The notes under the pieces are model-generated. The model worked only from the letters and a program-made list of their open reading frames with translations, was not told the origin of the DNA and made no database searches. Positions 25,996 to 36,269 of a DNA stretch of 64,000 nt are shown here, piece after piece. Every line of letters starts with the position of its first letter. Position 1 is the first letter of the stretch. This stretch comes from a virus (Duplodnaviria > Heunggongvirae > Uroviricota > Caudoviricetes), in IMG/VR virus record IMGVR_UViG_3300021255_000114, positions 167,942 to 231,941 of that record; one strand, given 5' to 3'. The translations under genes and the position numbers were made by a program.

Positions 25996-26530
25996 AGAAA
26001 ACGGTTATATCCGTAAAAAAAGTAAATGATGGTCATGTTCCAAATATAGGAGAAACTGTGATTATCAAATATAAGAGTGAAGATAAACCGATAACATATA
26101 AAGTTGTTGAGAGGTCTATGGAAATCGGGCATTTATACGGCGGGATGTGGGTGTCGGATGATGTTAGGTGCTACATAGACATCAAAAAAGTTGAAGATAT
26201 CTCATATAATATAAATTAATATATATATGGATAATTTATACGAAATAGATTGCGGTTCATATGGCAAAATAGCATTTGTCGAAGAAATAGATGACGCAAT
26301 ATGGGATGAAGTGCACAGATTAGCGGAAGAATATTGCAAAGAGCATGAATTCATGTTCTTAACAAGAAGGAAACGCCATCTATTGCAATTTAATTGTATC
26401 TGATATTAATAATAAAAAATAATGGTGGTTTATAAAAAACCGCCATTTCTTTTTTAACATTTTTTAAGAAAAAAATTTCTTGAATATGGATTTTTTGAAG
26501 TATCTTTGTTTTGTTGAAAATAAATAAAAA

Positions 26531-26819
26531 CATGGATTATTTCGTAGAAAAAGACCGAGTTGAGAACTCGAAGGAAGGCAAAGCCTATCGCCAATTATCG
26601 GACGCCATCAACGACACATGTTGGAATCCAGGTGATTTCGCCAAGGCTGCAATGTACGACCATCCGACGCTTCAGCAAAGCCTGATTCGTACAATGGTTG
26701 CAACCATCAATGAGTTTGCAAAGAAGGAATATACCGACGGAAGAAACGAACAAGGCGTTCAGATGTGTAAAAACCTTGTCGCAAGTGGCCTTTTGGATAA
26801 TTTCCTCCCTTGCATTTAA
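26531..26819 (+). CDS. Hypothetical protein
   Basis: First gene after promoter. Confidence 0.6.
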
Positions 26820-26829
26820 TATATTTTTT

Positions 26830-27339
26830 ATGAGGCAAATTATTGATTTTCTTATCAATCTATTTAAAAAATACGTTCCCGAATACCGTGTGGTAAAGGA
26901 AACCCGTGCAGTGAAGGAAACCGCCGACGGACAGAACCTTACACTGCAAACTTTCTATTATCCTCAGGTCAAAAAGAAAAAACGCGGACATTGGGAACGT
27001 ATCGGGATAGTGACGCTTAAACCTGATATTGAGTACTCAAATCGCTATGAGTATTGTCATGATTATGGTTGTTATGATGGAGAGTACGATTCTGAGGAGT
27101 TGGCTTCAAAAGCAATAGAATGCTATACATATCAAGAGGACTACCGTGGAGAGACAATCCGCATGGCTATGTTGGTCCATTGGGGCTTTGAGCATAAAAT
27201 GCCGGAGGTGGTTTATTATATATCCAACGAGGATAGATATTCTTATTATACTCATGCATATAAAACACACGATGAGGTTATAGAGGAAATCAATTCAATG
27301 AAACCTCAAGTAGTGAACGTAGAAACAATTGAAAAATGA
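26830..27339 (+). CDS. Hypothetical protein
   Basis: Open frame; approximate start. Confidence 0.55.
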   Translation: MRQIIDFLINLFKKYVPEYRVVKETRAVKETADGQNLTLQTFYYPQVKKKKRGHWERIGIVTLKPDIEYSNRYEYCHDYGCYDGEYDSEELASKAIECYTYQEDYRGETIRMAMLVHWGFEHKMPEVVYYISNEDRYSYYTHAYKTHDEVIEEINSMKPQVVNVETIEK

Positions 27340-27683
27340 TAAAGAAAGAAGAACTCAAAAAAGGTGATATTATCTGCGAGATAGGTCACAAAGACGTCGT
27401 CCGTGAAGTGTTTGTAAAATCGGTTGGACGGAAATATATCGGTACTGTTTCCAATATGGGGAGCAATTATGTAACAAAATTCGAATATGATACATTGGAC
27501 TATACGGACGGAAAAAACACGTGGTTAATACCTCACTTGTTTTTAGGCACGAAGGCCGAATATGACGCATATATCGATGAATGCAAGGAGAAAAGCGAAC
27601 TAGTTAAAGAAATCCAAAAGAAAATACCATCCTTATCTTTTGACAAATTATCACAAATAAAAGAAATAATTGAAAAAATATGA
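27336..27683 (+). CDS. Hypothetical protein
   Basis: Coupled open frame. Confidence 0.6.
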   Translation: MIKKEELKKGDIICEIGHKDVVREVFVKSVGRKYIGTVSNMGSNYVTKFEYDTLDYTDGKNTWLIPHLFLGTKAEYDAYIDECKEKSELVKEIQKKIPSLSFDKLSQIKEIIEKI

Positions 27684-28714
27684 AGAAACTTAAAAATAGT
27701 AATTATATGGATGAAGACAATAAGATTGGATACGAAGAATGCACTTGTGAAGTTGAAGGAAGGGAGAGTAACCCCACCCTTATTGGTTCGTCAGATCAAA
27801 AAGTACGCAAGGATTCAGAGGATGGCGTTGTTATGGCCGCTCAACAATGGTCAGATGTAAACGGGTGTATTGTTACAGCATCCAATACCTTTTCTCGGCT
27901 TGAATCCGGATATTATAGCCTACATTCTTCCAACAGCCTCGGGCTATATTTTGTAAAGGAGAGGGTAGAGTTGAATAAACTTTATAGACTTCCCAATGAA
28001 GCCACTGATATTATCATGAACGATATTTCAAAGTTCTGGACTTTGGAGGATGTTTACAAGAAGTATCAGCGTGTGTTCCGGCGCAACTATCTCCTCTATT
28101 CGGCCCCGGGAACGGGAAAAACCTCACTTATAAACCTTATGTGTCAGGAACTTATAGAAAAATACGACGGCCTTGTATTTTCTCTAAGTTGCGAGTGGGA
28201 TATTGAGGCGTTCCCCAATGCGGTACGCCGTATACGGAAAATTGAACCAGATCGCAAGATTATCGCCATTATTGAAGATATTGACACGTTTGTGCAAGGT
28301 GGTAGTAGTCTTAATACACTTATCCTTAACATACTTGACGGTAATTTAAAGTTATCTGGCATTGTAACCATTGCAACAACCAATCATATTGAGATGCTTG
28401 AGGATAGATATACCAATCGTCCGTCACGTTTCGATCGCGTTGTTGAATTTCCTCTACCGAATGCTGAAAGTCGTAAGATGTTCATTGAAAAAACAGTCCT
28501 TCCTGACGACCTTAAACGTATCAATATCGATGAATGGGTTGCGAAAACTGAGGGATTCACCATTGACCATATTAATGAACTTATTCTCCTATTTTTTGTG
28601 TTCGGGCATAGTGAGGATGAATCATTTGAAACATTGTTCAAGATGGCACATACTAAAGGTATACTAAAAAATACAACAAGTGTCAACAAGAAATCTATTG
28701 GTTTTGGAAACTGA
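27680..28714 (+). CDS. AAA+ ATPase
   Basis: APGTGKT Walker A, IIEDID Walker B, TTNH, RPSRFD. Confidence 0.9.
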   Translation: MKKLKNSNYMDEDNKIGYEECTCEVEGRESNPTLIGSSDQKVRKDSEDGVVMAAQQWSDVNGCIVTASNTFSRLESGYYSLHSSNSLGLYFVKERVELNKLYRLPNEATDIIMNDISKFWTLEDVYKKYQRVFRRNYLLYSAPGTGKTSLINLMCQELIEKYDGLVFSLSCEWDIEAFPNAVRRIRKIEPDRKIIAIIEDIDTFVQGGSSLNTLILNILDGNLKLSGIVTIATTNHIEMLEDRYTNRPSRFDRVVEFPLPNAESRKMFIEKTVLPDDLKRINIDEWVAKTEGFTIDHINELILLFFVFGHSEDESFETLFKMAHTKGILKNTTSVNKKSIGFGN

Positions 28715-29249
28715 TTCCATGTTTAGTGTAGAGGAATTTTATGAAAGCCGCCTATGTGATTTTTCCCATAATCTCGTCATCAATGATGATTGGTCGTTTG
28801 AACTTCCGGAGGATTTCCTTGAAGAAAACAAAAAAATTTGGACGAAATCGGGATTTTTGGATGGGCTTAGAGAACCCGATAAAACCATTGTTTCCTACAA
28901 CTATGGCATGATGGCTATCTACCTTATGTACAATAAGGAATTAAGCAATGTAACCTATGGTGGGTTGAATCTTGACCCAATGATATTCGCAATCATACGA
29001 TTGGGAGCGTATTCCGAAAAGATCAGAAATCCTAAATTGTTTTGGGACTTTTGCGGCGAATGGCTTCGTGAACGAACCGATTGGATTGATAATTTAAGAC
29101 GCCCCGGAGTAAAGGTTGATGCGGAGGCTGTTGCCTGTAGGATATTAGGCAAAACAATTGAATCAATAATCAAAACGAGCAATGAAAGCGTGGATATTAT
29201 CAGAGATAAAAGAGTACCTCCAATGGAGGAGACTCAAGAAAGAGTTTGA
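28680..29249 (+). CDS. Hypothetical protein
   Basis: Open frame; start uncertain. Confidence 0.55.
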   Translation: MSTRNLLVLETDSMFSVEEFYESRLCDFSHNLVINDDWSFELPEDFLEENKKIWTKSGFLDGLREPDKTIVSYNYGMMAIYLMYNKELSNVTYGGLNLDPMIFAIIRLGAYSEKIRNPKLFWDFCGEWLRERTDWIDNLRRPGVKVDAEAVACRILGKTIESIIKTSNESVDIIRDKRVPPMEETQERV

Positions 29250-29466
29250 GAAATCTGTTCCTGATGAAACCCAAACATATTGGATGGGTAACGGTAACGA
29301 AATTCCACATTGGATAAACCATATGTTGTCTGAGGTTGAGCCTAAATTTATATGGTATGTCCAACACTTCATGGAAAAGCCGAAATCGGACCTTGCAAAA
29401 CGATGCGCGTGGAATGAAATTAAACGCGAGAAAAAGGGGCCTAATATTGATTTTAAGAAAATTTAA
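29182..29466 (+). CDS. Hypothetical protein
   Basis: Open frame ending at terminator. Confidence 0.5.
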   Translation: MKAWILSEIKEYLQWRRLKKEFEKSVPDETQTYWMGNGNEIPHWINHMLSEVEPKFIWYVQHFMEKPKSDLAKRCAWNEIKREKKGPNIDFKKI

Positions 29467-29535
29467 GAAACCGGTATTTTGAATATCGGTTTTTTTATGG
29501 TATCTTTGATGTGTTGAAATATACAAAAAATCTTA

Positions 29536-29816
29536 TGGACAGAAAAACACGGGCATATTATGAGAAAGCGTTGAGGTATCAAATTCAATCGTCAAGATAT
29601 ATAAGTTTGGCATTGAAAAGCCTGTTGCTTGAAAAGGGTATATCCGAGGAGTTTGCTGACAGGTTCGATGTTTCTTTGCTTCATGGAGGTGAGGATAATG
29701 TAACAATGGATGGAGAGTATTTTATTCAAGGATTGGACATTGCTCAACTTGATGAAATGAGTAAAGAAGAGATATACAACCTTGACCCTTCCGAGCCACA
29801 TATAAAACTCATTTAA
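29536..29816 (+). CDS. Hypothetical protein
   Basis: First gene after promoter. Confidence 0.55.
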
Positions 29817-29859
29817 CGTGAAACTATTGGGTTAAAATGAAAAATAACTGAATTGAGAA

Positions 29860-30228
29860 ATGGAGAAACAACTTAAGGAAATAATCGAGAAATTCAGCGG
29901 TGAACCGGTTTACCTTCCGGATGACCAACTGAATGGGTATATTGAATCTCTTGCGAATGTGGTGTACACTGATGGAAAATTGGATTTCAAGCAGTTTAAG
30001 GAAACCATCGACAATATGGTTGCTGTATGCCCAAAGGGATGGAGAAAAGGTCAGGCTGTGTTTAACATGATTGATGCCATATTCGGTGTCGCCCGAGAAG
30101 TGCAATTTGGATGCGGTATTGACTGTTTCTATAACGACGATGCAATCGATGAATTCATAGAGAAATCATATCAACTATATTGGAATCATATCACTAAAGG
30201 CGACTTTGTGGAAGGAGGGATTTCATGA
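29860..30228 (+). CDS. Hypothetical protein
   Basis: Open frame. Confidence 0.6.
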   Translation: MEKQLKEIIEKFSGEPVYLPDDQLNGYIESLANVVYTDGKLDFKQFKETIDNMVAVCPKGWRKGQAVFNMIDAIFGVAREVQFGCGIDCFYNDDAIDEFIEKSYQLYWNHITKGDFVEGGIS

Positions 30229-30539
30229 AGAGATGGTTACATATTAATCTTAAAGATAATTCCTTCTATCAAATTGATTGTACAAAAATCACACATGTAT
30301 ATTATGGCGGTATGAGGTCTTTGACAATTTTCACAGCAAATAATCAATTTTCCATTGAATTCTGTTGGGAGGATTGTAAAGGTTTTAATAAATACAAAGG
30401 ATATGCTAAGGAGATTTGCGATTTTATTGAAAGAGGGGACGAGGACGGTAATATCATGGTGGTTACTGTTGGTGTTTCAAAAAACACCATTCAAGTAACT
30501 AAAAGAGATAGCAGATATAATTCAATTAACATAGATTAG
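30225..30539 (+). CDS. Hypothetical protein
   Basis: Ends NID*. Confidence 0.6.
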   Translation: MKRWLHINLKDNSFYQIDCTKITHVYYGGMRSLTIFTANNQFSIEFCWEDCKGFNKYKGYAKEICDFIERGDEDGNIMVVTVGVSKNTIQVTKRDSRYNSINID

Positions 30540-30593
30540 CATTTTATGTTTGTTAATCTTTAAAAAATATGGTATCTTTAACCTGTTGAAAAT

Positions 30594-30791
30594 ATGGAAA
30601 CATGTAGAATTTATTCATTTGACAATGGTTATTCAACTGAACGCCAAGATGTGGAACGTCAAATTGGGAAAATGTTGAATAGTGGATGGAAAACTAAATA
30701 TATATCAAGCGTTGTCGCTGATGAAGTGGTTTTGACGATCATCTACGAAAAAGAGGATAAGGCGGAAGAAAAACAAAGAAACATAGACTGA
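30594..30791 (+). CDS. Hypothetical protein
   Basis: Ends NID*. Confidence 0.6.
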   Translation: METCRIYSFDNGYSTERQDVERQIGKMLNSGWKTKYISSVVADEVVLTIIYEKEDKAEEKQRNID

Positions 30792-30793
30792 AT

Positions 30794-31294
30794 ATGTATA
30801 TGACGAGACTTAAAAAATGTATCATCCCCGGTTCGTTTGACCCGTTTACGCTTGGCCATCTCGATATTGTCAAAAGCGTATGGGATCTGTTTGATCAGGT
30901 GGATATTATCGTTGCTGTAAACCCGGATAAAGATTATATGTTTACTGCCGACGAACGTGTTGAAATCATCGAAAACATATTAAGCGATATAAATAACGCA
31001 CAGAAGGAATATGTATATGTCCATAAATGGAATGGCATGCTGTATGATTTCTGTAAGGGCAATGAGGATAGCACGTACATTGTCAAAGGCGTGCGTGGAT
31101 ATGATGATCTTGTCTGGGAGAACAAACAGGCTGAATTCAACCTATCCCACAATATCAAGACCATATATGTCCCGTCCATCAGGAAGAACGTTTCCTCGAC
31201 CATTATCAGAGACAGTATCAAAAACGGTGATGGAGTTTGGAAGGAATACGTACATCCCACCACAATCGATTACATTGAAAAGAAAAATCATTAA
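30794..31294 (+). CDS. coaD: Phosphopantetheine adenylyltransferase
   Basis: PGSFDPFTLGHLDIV; VKGVR; VSST. Confidence 0.85.
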   Translation: MYMTRLKKCIIPGSFDPFTLGHLDIVKSVWDLFDQVDIIVAVNPDKDYMFTADERVEIIENILSDINNAQKEYVYVHKWNGMLYDFCKGNEDSTYIVKGVRGYDDLVWENKQAEFNLSHNIKTIYVPSIRKNVSSTIIRDSIKNGDGVWKEYVHPTTIDYIEKKNH

Positions 31295-31295
31295 A

Positions 31296-31796
31296 ATGAC
31301 TGAAGACAAGAAAAAAGAATTCGTACCGAAGAACCTGCGTCCGTGGTGCCATTTCTATAATGGCTCCCGTGGTGATGAAGAGTTGTATCTTGATGTGTAC
31401 GCTGGAGGTAATTATGAACATATGTATATGATTCCGCTTCGCAAGGAAATACTCGAACCTCTTGGCTTTGAGGCGGTGTACGATGAATACACGTCGGATA
31501 TATATTTCCAACGCGATTTCAAGGGATACCGTTTACGTACATTCCCTACCGTCGGGCAGATTCAGATTATAGACCTTAAATACCTGCATACATTGGTACA
31601 CGCTCCTGCTGATTCTCTTAATGAGTTGGAAAATTACCTTTATGCCCTTGGTGAAACTGATATGATGGAACTCGTTACACCGGCCATTACAGAAATAAAT
31701 GATTTCGGAAAAATATACTTCAAACATTTCGATGAGGTTGGCCGCACCTATGAGGAATTCATGGAAAAGTACAGACAAAACAAAAGAGAGGAATAA
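31296..31796 (+). CDS. Hypothetical protein
   Basis: ATG after coaD stop. Confidence 0.6.
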   Translation: MTEDKKKEFVPKNLRPWCHFYNGSRGDEELYLDVYAGGNYEHMYMIPLRKEILEPLGFEAVYDEYTSDIYFQRDFKGYRLRTFPTVGQIQIIDLKYLHTLVHAPADSLNELENYLYALGETDMMELVTPAITEINDFGKIYFKHFDEVGRTYEEFMEKYRQNKREE

Positions 31797-31806
31797 CATA
31801 GATTGA

Positions 31807-32001
31807 ATGGAGGTAAAGGTACATACTCAGCACTATGATGATTCAGAAAGACTTACTAGAGATATTGAATACCTATATAGGGAATTTGGTGATAACCTGG
31901 TTTCTTGGAACGTCTCTGAAAATTTCAACCCATTTGATGGTGAACATTACCGACTGTGGTGGGCGATAAAAGAAGAGGACATACCGACTAACATAGACTG
32001 A
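31807..32001 (+). CDS. Hypothetical protein
   Basis: Ends NID*. Confidence 0.55.
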   Translation: MEVKVHTQHYDDSERLTRDIEYLYREFGDNLVSWNVSENFNPFDGEHYRLWWAIKEEDIPTNID

Positions 32002-32003
32002 CC

Positions 32004-32705
32004 ATGCAATTATTCAAAAAGAAACATATTGAAACAGACGAGAAAAACCTGTCATACATCTATAAATGTGACGAAATTTCCGGCATTACCGAAATTGTTG
32101 TCGGATCATTGTTTGATGTTTCGGTTTCGGAAGAGACGGAAGACGTGATTATTTCAATTGCCAAAATATACGAAAAGCACTTGTCGTCTGGTTTTGATAT
32201 CGAAGATCATATTGCATATAAGACCGCAAAGTTGTATGCGACATTGTCCGGAAGATTTGAATCCACAGGCAAAGATAGGGCGAAAATCATATTGCCTAAA
32301 TCAAAACTAAATATTGATAAGGTTGAATTATCCGGTGCCGTAAATATGATTGGCGGGCATTTCAATGCCATCAGTTGCACAATCGATGTTTCCGGTGCTG
32401 CCGCATTGGAGGCTTCTATTTTTTCTCAACGTGTGAACATCAGTGCATCAGGCGCTTCAAGTGTGACATTGAAAGGAACTGTCTATACATTGAATATTGA
32501 TGCAAGCGGAAGTTCCATTGTATATACTGGTGATGTCGACAACAATAACGCCGTTATCGAGGCGTACGGCGCGGCAAAGGTCTTGGCTAATCCGAGTGAT
32601 TGCGCAGTAGGCCATGCAAGTGGGGCATCAACCATACAATATTCAAGAAACGTTATGTACGAAGAGATTAAAACAAGCGGTGCCGCAAGAAAAAAAGGAA
32701 TATGA
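32004..32705 (+). CDS. GIN/DUF2807-like beta-solenoid protein
   Basis: Repeats of SGAS/SGAA...G. Confidence 0.75.
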   Translation: MQLFKKKHIETDEKNLSYIYKCDEISGITEIVVGSLFDVSVSEETEDVIISIAKIYEKHLSSGFDIEDHIAYKTAKLYATLSGRFESTGKDRAKIILPKSKLNIDKVELSGAVNMIGGHFNAISCTIDVSGAAALEASIFSQRVNISASGASSVTLKGTVYTLNIDASGSSIVYTGDVDNNNAVIEAYGAAKVLANPSDCAVGHASGASTIQYSRNVMYEEIKTSGAARKKGI

Positions 32706-32896
32706 AGACAAAAACTGAATTCAAATATTTTTCCAGTCCGTTTGAATTATCTGATTGGATTGACCGAATGTACGCAAAACATGGAAAACAAATTGTAAAC
32801 GTATCCACATCCGCATACAATATGGGCGGAACAAGTACATACTATTATGTATTTATAACAATACTCCAAAGTCAGGAACGAATTAATATAGATTGA
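32702..32896 (+). CDS. Hypothetical protein
   Basis: Ends NID*. Confidence 0.55.
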   Translation: MKTKTEFKYFSSPFELSDWIDRMYAKHGKQIVNVSTSAYNMGGTSTYYYVFITILQSQERINID

Positions 32897-33427
32897 ATGG
32901 AAGAAAAATATATAAATCATTCGGGCGGTGCCGAGGGCGCTGATTTCTATTGGGGCAAAATCGGTGAGAAATATGGCGTGGTGTCAAATCATTATTGGCA
33001 TGGCAAACAAACCCCGCACGGTAACTTTGAGATATCCGATGATGAATTTGAGGAGGGGAAGAAGGCTGTATATGAAGCCAACAAAACCCTGCATCGCAAA
33101 CCGGAGCGTTACATGAACCTGCTTGCGCGTGATTACAGTCAGGTTAAGCATGGGGAGGCTGTGTATGCAGTTTCACAGTTTGATACAAACGGAAGGACTG
33201 TCAAGGGTGGAACTGGTTGGGCTGTTCAGATGGCCATTGATAACGGCAAGATGGTTTATGTCTTCGATCAGACAATTGGACATTGGTTTGTATGGTTGAA
33301 TGGGAATTGGATACTTGCCAACATACCAAAATTGACGCACAATTTTGCCGGTATCGGCTCGAGGGATATCACGGCAAAGGGTATTAAGGCGATTGAGGAA
33401 GTGTATAAAGAGACATTTGGATATTGA
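32897..33427 (+). CDS. SLOG-like protein
   Basis: HSGGAEGAD...GGTGWAV...FAGIGSR. Confidence 0.6.
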   Translation: MEEKYINHSGGAEGADFYWGKIGEKYGVVSNHYWHGKQTPHGNFEISDDEFEEGKKAVYEANKTLHRKPERYMNLLARDYSQVKHGEAVYAVSQFDTNGRTVKGGTGWAVQMAIDNGKMVYVFDQTIGHWFVWLNGNWILANIPKLTHNFAGIGSRDITAKGIKAIEEVYKETFGY

Positions 33428-33777
33428 TTATGTACGTAGACGTAGAAATACCATTCAACTCGGTTCTTGAGGAGGTGGTGCACGATTCGGTTAAGAATTC
33501 GTTTGGCCCGATTGCTTATCAACCGAAGGTTATAGGTCTTAGCAATGGCCGAGAGATGAAATACTACATTGCACCTGAAAGCGAAGGTAAAATAACCATA
33601 CCGGAAATACTTGAGTTCATGCAGATACAGGCGAATCGTATGGTTCATGATACTGCTTATTCGCGTGACTATACCGTAGGCTATAGGGATGCGATTGAGG
33701 CAATATATCTCTTTATCAGGAAACGCGTTGAAGAGGATTTCAAAAAAAAGGATGAAATTGATCCAAATTGTTGTTAG
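33424..33777 (+). CDS. Hypothetical protein
   Basis: Open frame. Confidence 0.55.
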   Translation: MIMYVDVEIPFNSVLEEVVHDSVKNSFGPIAYQPKVIGLSNGREMKYYIAPESEGKITIPEILEFMQIQANRMVHDTAYSRDYTVGYRDAIEAIYLFIRKRVEEDFKKKDEIDPNCC

Positions 33778-33796
33778 AAAATAGTATATTTGTAAT

Positions 33797-34087
33797 ATGG
33801 AAAACGGTTTATATATGGATTATGTTAAGATTGATTCTGTATTTGTCGATGATATGGGTGGTCACCATAGAGTGCCGAGAATACTTGAGTTGGACAATGC
33901 AATCAACGATATACAGGTAACTGATTTCGGTAACAAGCACAGTACGTTTATAATATACAGGCCTAACTATGAAGAAGAAGTTACTGTTGAGACAGACAAA
34001 CTCGACGAGATTTTCAATGCCATATACAATACGCTGCATGCTCTGTTTTGGGAGGATGAAGACGATGAGGAAACAAATGTTGATTAA
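33797..34087 (+). CDS. Hypothetical protein
   Basis: Ends NVD*. Confidence 0.55.
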   Translation: MENGLYMDYVKIDSVFVDDMGGHHRVPRILELDNAINDIQVTDFGNKHSTFIIYRPNYEEEVTVETDKLDEIFNAIYNTLHALFWEDEDDEETNVD

Positions 34088-34090
34088 ATT

Positions 34091-34363
34091 ATGGTGAAAT
34101 ATATTCAATTAATGTCGCATGACAACGACAGCACATACGACAATCCATCCATGCATACAGAAATACTCCGTTTGGACGAAACAATCCGGGAAGTCTATAT
34201 AAGGAAGACATATCTTGACCGCGCCGAAATGGTTGTGAGTTATAACACAGGCAACTTGGTTGTTACGTTGGACAAAATGGATGCACATAAATGCATGGAG
34301 CGCATTTATCAGGAATTGCTAATGATTTCAAATGCAAACAATACAGAAACAAATAAAGATTAA
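34091..34363 (+). CDS. Hypothetical protein
   Basis: Open frame. Confidence 0.55.
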   Translation: MVKYIQLMSHDNDSTYDNPSMHTEILRLDETIREVYIRKTYLDRAEMVVSYNTGNLVVTLDKMDAHKCMERIYQELLMISNANNTETNKD

Positions 34364-34368
34364 TTAAT

Positions 34369-35372
34369 ATGAAAATCATAAAAAGTGAAGTTATAACCAA
34401 CGAAGACATCAATCGTCATAAGCGACCCAGAATTCGACTATGAATTTGAGGTAGAGGTTCACAAGGTTGGTGAAAACTTTGATAAGATATATGAGGTACT
34501 GAGAAAAATATCATCTGAATCCGAAACAGATGATAGTCATAATAATACTGACTGAAATGGAGAAAAATCAAATATTCAACGAGGATTGTTTTGCGACAAT
34601 AGACAGATTCATTCAAAACAATGAATTCGTCGATTGCGTACTGACATCACCGCCTTACAATATGACAAAACGAAAAGGTGGTTATGCTGATACCGGTCGA
34701 TATGATGTCTACAATGATTGGAAACCCGAAGAGGAGTATATCCAATGGACTATTAATCTGTTCAATAAACTTGACAGTATACTCAATAAGAACAGGGTTA
34801 TTATCTATAACTTTTCCTATTCGATAGAGAACCCTGCAATGCCATACAAGTTGGTATCGGAACTCACTAAAAATACTCCGTTTGAACTTGTTGATACGAT
34901 TATATGGAAAAAGAAATGTGGACTTCCATTTCCCGCAAACGGCAAAAGACTTAGCCGAAATTGGGAATTTGTTTTCATATTTGCAAGACATTCTGAAATG
35001 GATTCATATGAAAACAATCGCAGGGTAAAGTCCGTTAGCGAAAAAACCGGCCAGAAATACTATGAGGCAATCTATAATTTCATAGACGCATCGAACAATG
35101 ACGGTAAATGCAATCTTAACCAAGCGACATTCTCTACTGAACTGTGTCTTAAACTATTCGATATCTACTGCAAGAAGGGATGGACGGTATACGATCCGTT
35201 TATGGGAACTGGAACAACAGGAAACGCCTGTAAATCGTATGGATGCTACTACTATGGAAGCGAAATAAGTGCCGCCCAATGCGAATACGCTGTTAAAAGA
35301 ATTGAATCTAACATAAATTAAAATAATATGAAAATCATAAAAAGTGAAGTTATGACCGATGAAGACATCAAG
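34369..35372 (+). repeat. ~44-bp direct repeats flanking the methyltransferase
   Basis: ATGAAAATCATAAAAAGTGAAGTTAT..CC...GAAGACATCAA at 34369 and 35328. Confidence 0.8.
34557..35321 (+). CDS. N4/N6 DNA methyltransferase (beta class)
   Basis: TSPPY and YDPFMGTGTTG motifs. Confidence 0.92.
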   Translation: MEKNQIFNEDCFATIDRFIQNNEFVDCVLTSPPYNMTKRKGGYADTGRYDVYNDWKPEEEYIQWTINLFNKLDSILNKNRVIIYNFSYSIENPAMPYKLVSELTKNTPFELVDTIIWKKKCGLPFPANGKRLSRNWEFVFIFARHSEMDSYENNRRVKSVSEKTGQKYYEAIYNFIDASNNDGKCNLNQATFSTELCLKLFDIYCKKGWTVYDPFMGTGTTGNACKSYGCYYYGSEISAAQCEYAVKRIESNIN

Positions 35373-35576
35373 TATTTCAATACAACAAAGACAATGATGC
35401 GCCGTGTGCGTACCATGTTGGCCAATCTTGCTGAACGTGTCGAGATCAGTGATGCCAAGAACAAGTTCAAATATTCGGAGGATAAAGTGGATAACGCATT
35501 ATCTATGCTTCAGCTGGTGGATATCTATGCACAACCGGGTAATCGTAACCAACTAAAAATGGATTTTGATGGATAA
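35328..35576 (+). CDS. Hypothetical protein
   Basis: Open frame starting in repeat. Confidence 0.6.
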   Translation: MKIIKSEVMTDEDIKYFNTTKTMMRRVRTMLANLAERVEISDAKNKFKYSEDKVDNALSMLQLVDIYAQPGNRNQLKMDFDG

Positions 35577-35823
35577 GGAAGTAGTACTTGAAATACACAA
35601 GAACGATATGATGTGGCTTGCACTAGGAAGTTGCATATCAGCCGATTCCAATGGTACAAATGAGGAGCGTAGGGAAAACATTAAAACAATGGAGGAACTA
35701 TTAACCACTTTCAAAGAACCGGATGTTATTGGACAGCTTGGTGAGGAATCCATAAGAAACTACGCATCATATTGCGAGAAAGGAATTGAACTATTAAAGA
35801 AAGAAATAGAACAAAATCAATAA
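35566..35823 (+). CDS. Hypothetical protein
   Basis: Open frame. Confidence 0.55.
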   Translation: MMDKEVVLEIHKNDMMWLALGSCISADSNGTNEERRENIKTMEELLTTFKEPDVIGQLGEESIRNYASYCEKGIELLKKEIEQNQ

Positions 35824-35826
35824 TAT

Positions 35827-36084
35827 ATGGCTTTTTTAATCAGATTACTTGCGATAATCCTTATCATCGGTATTATTTATTTTGGCATAAAATCATCCGC
35901 AAAGAAGGAAACCGAGGAAGATATTGAGGATTTTAAGCAACGAAACGAAATTCATCAATTGAAAGAAAAACTCTCTCAAGAGCAATCCGAACATCAGGAA
36001 GATGTTGAATATTTGAATAACAGCATCAAGAAACTAAAGGCGGAACTTGCTGAAGCAAAATCCGCACACGAATATCTTGATTAA
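35827..36084 (+). CDS. Membrane-anchored coiled-coil protein
   Basis: N-terminal TM. Confidence 0.6.
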   Translation: MAFLIRLLAIILIIGIIYFGIKSSAKKETEEDIEDFKQRNEIHQLKEKLSQEQSEHQEDVEYLNNSIKKLKAELAEAKSAHEYLD

Positions 36085-36107
36085 CACTTAAAAAAAAAAA
36101 CATAAAA

Positions 36108-36269
36108 ATGATCTGGTTTGTAATAGTGCTAATTGTATTAGCCGCTGCTTCCCTGTCATGGTCTATACATGACAATTTGAAGGAAGCCGAACGAATAATC
36201 GAAGAGGAAAAATTGGAGGAAAATGGTCAAGAACAATACGATACACGAACAGGCGGAGAAACTGATTGA
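36108..36269 (+). CDS. 53-aa membrane peptide, paralog of 25488-25649
   Basis: MIWFVIVL...YDTRTGGETD* (hand translated). Confidence 0.6.
   Translation: MIWFVIVLIVLAAASLSWSIHDNLKEAERIIEEEKLEENGQEQYDTRTGGETD

Larger units (their letters stand above)
30528..32899 (+). repeat. Dispersed gene-junction motif AAYATAGAYTRA
   Basis: Copies at 30528, 30780, 31795, 31990, 32885. Confidence 0.7.

Noticed and set aside
36090-36100. Poly-A tract as a phase-variation switch
   Set aside because: Intergenic, no frame affected, and A runs are common in this AT-rich genome
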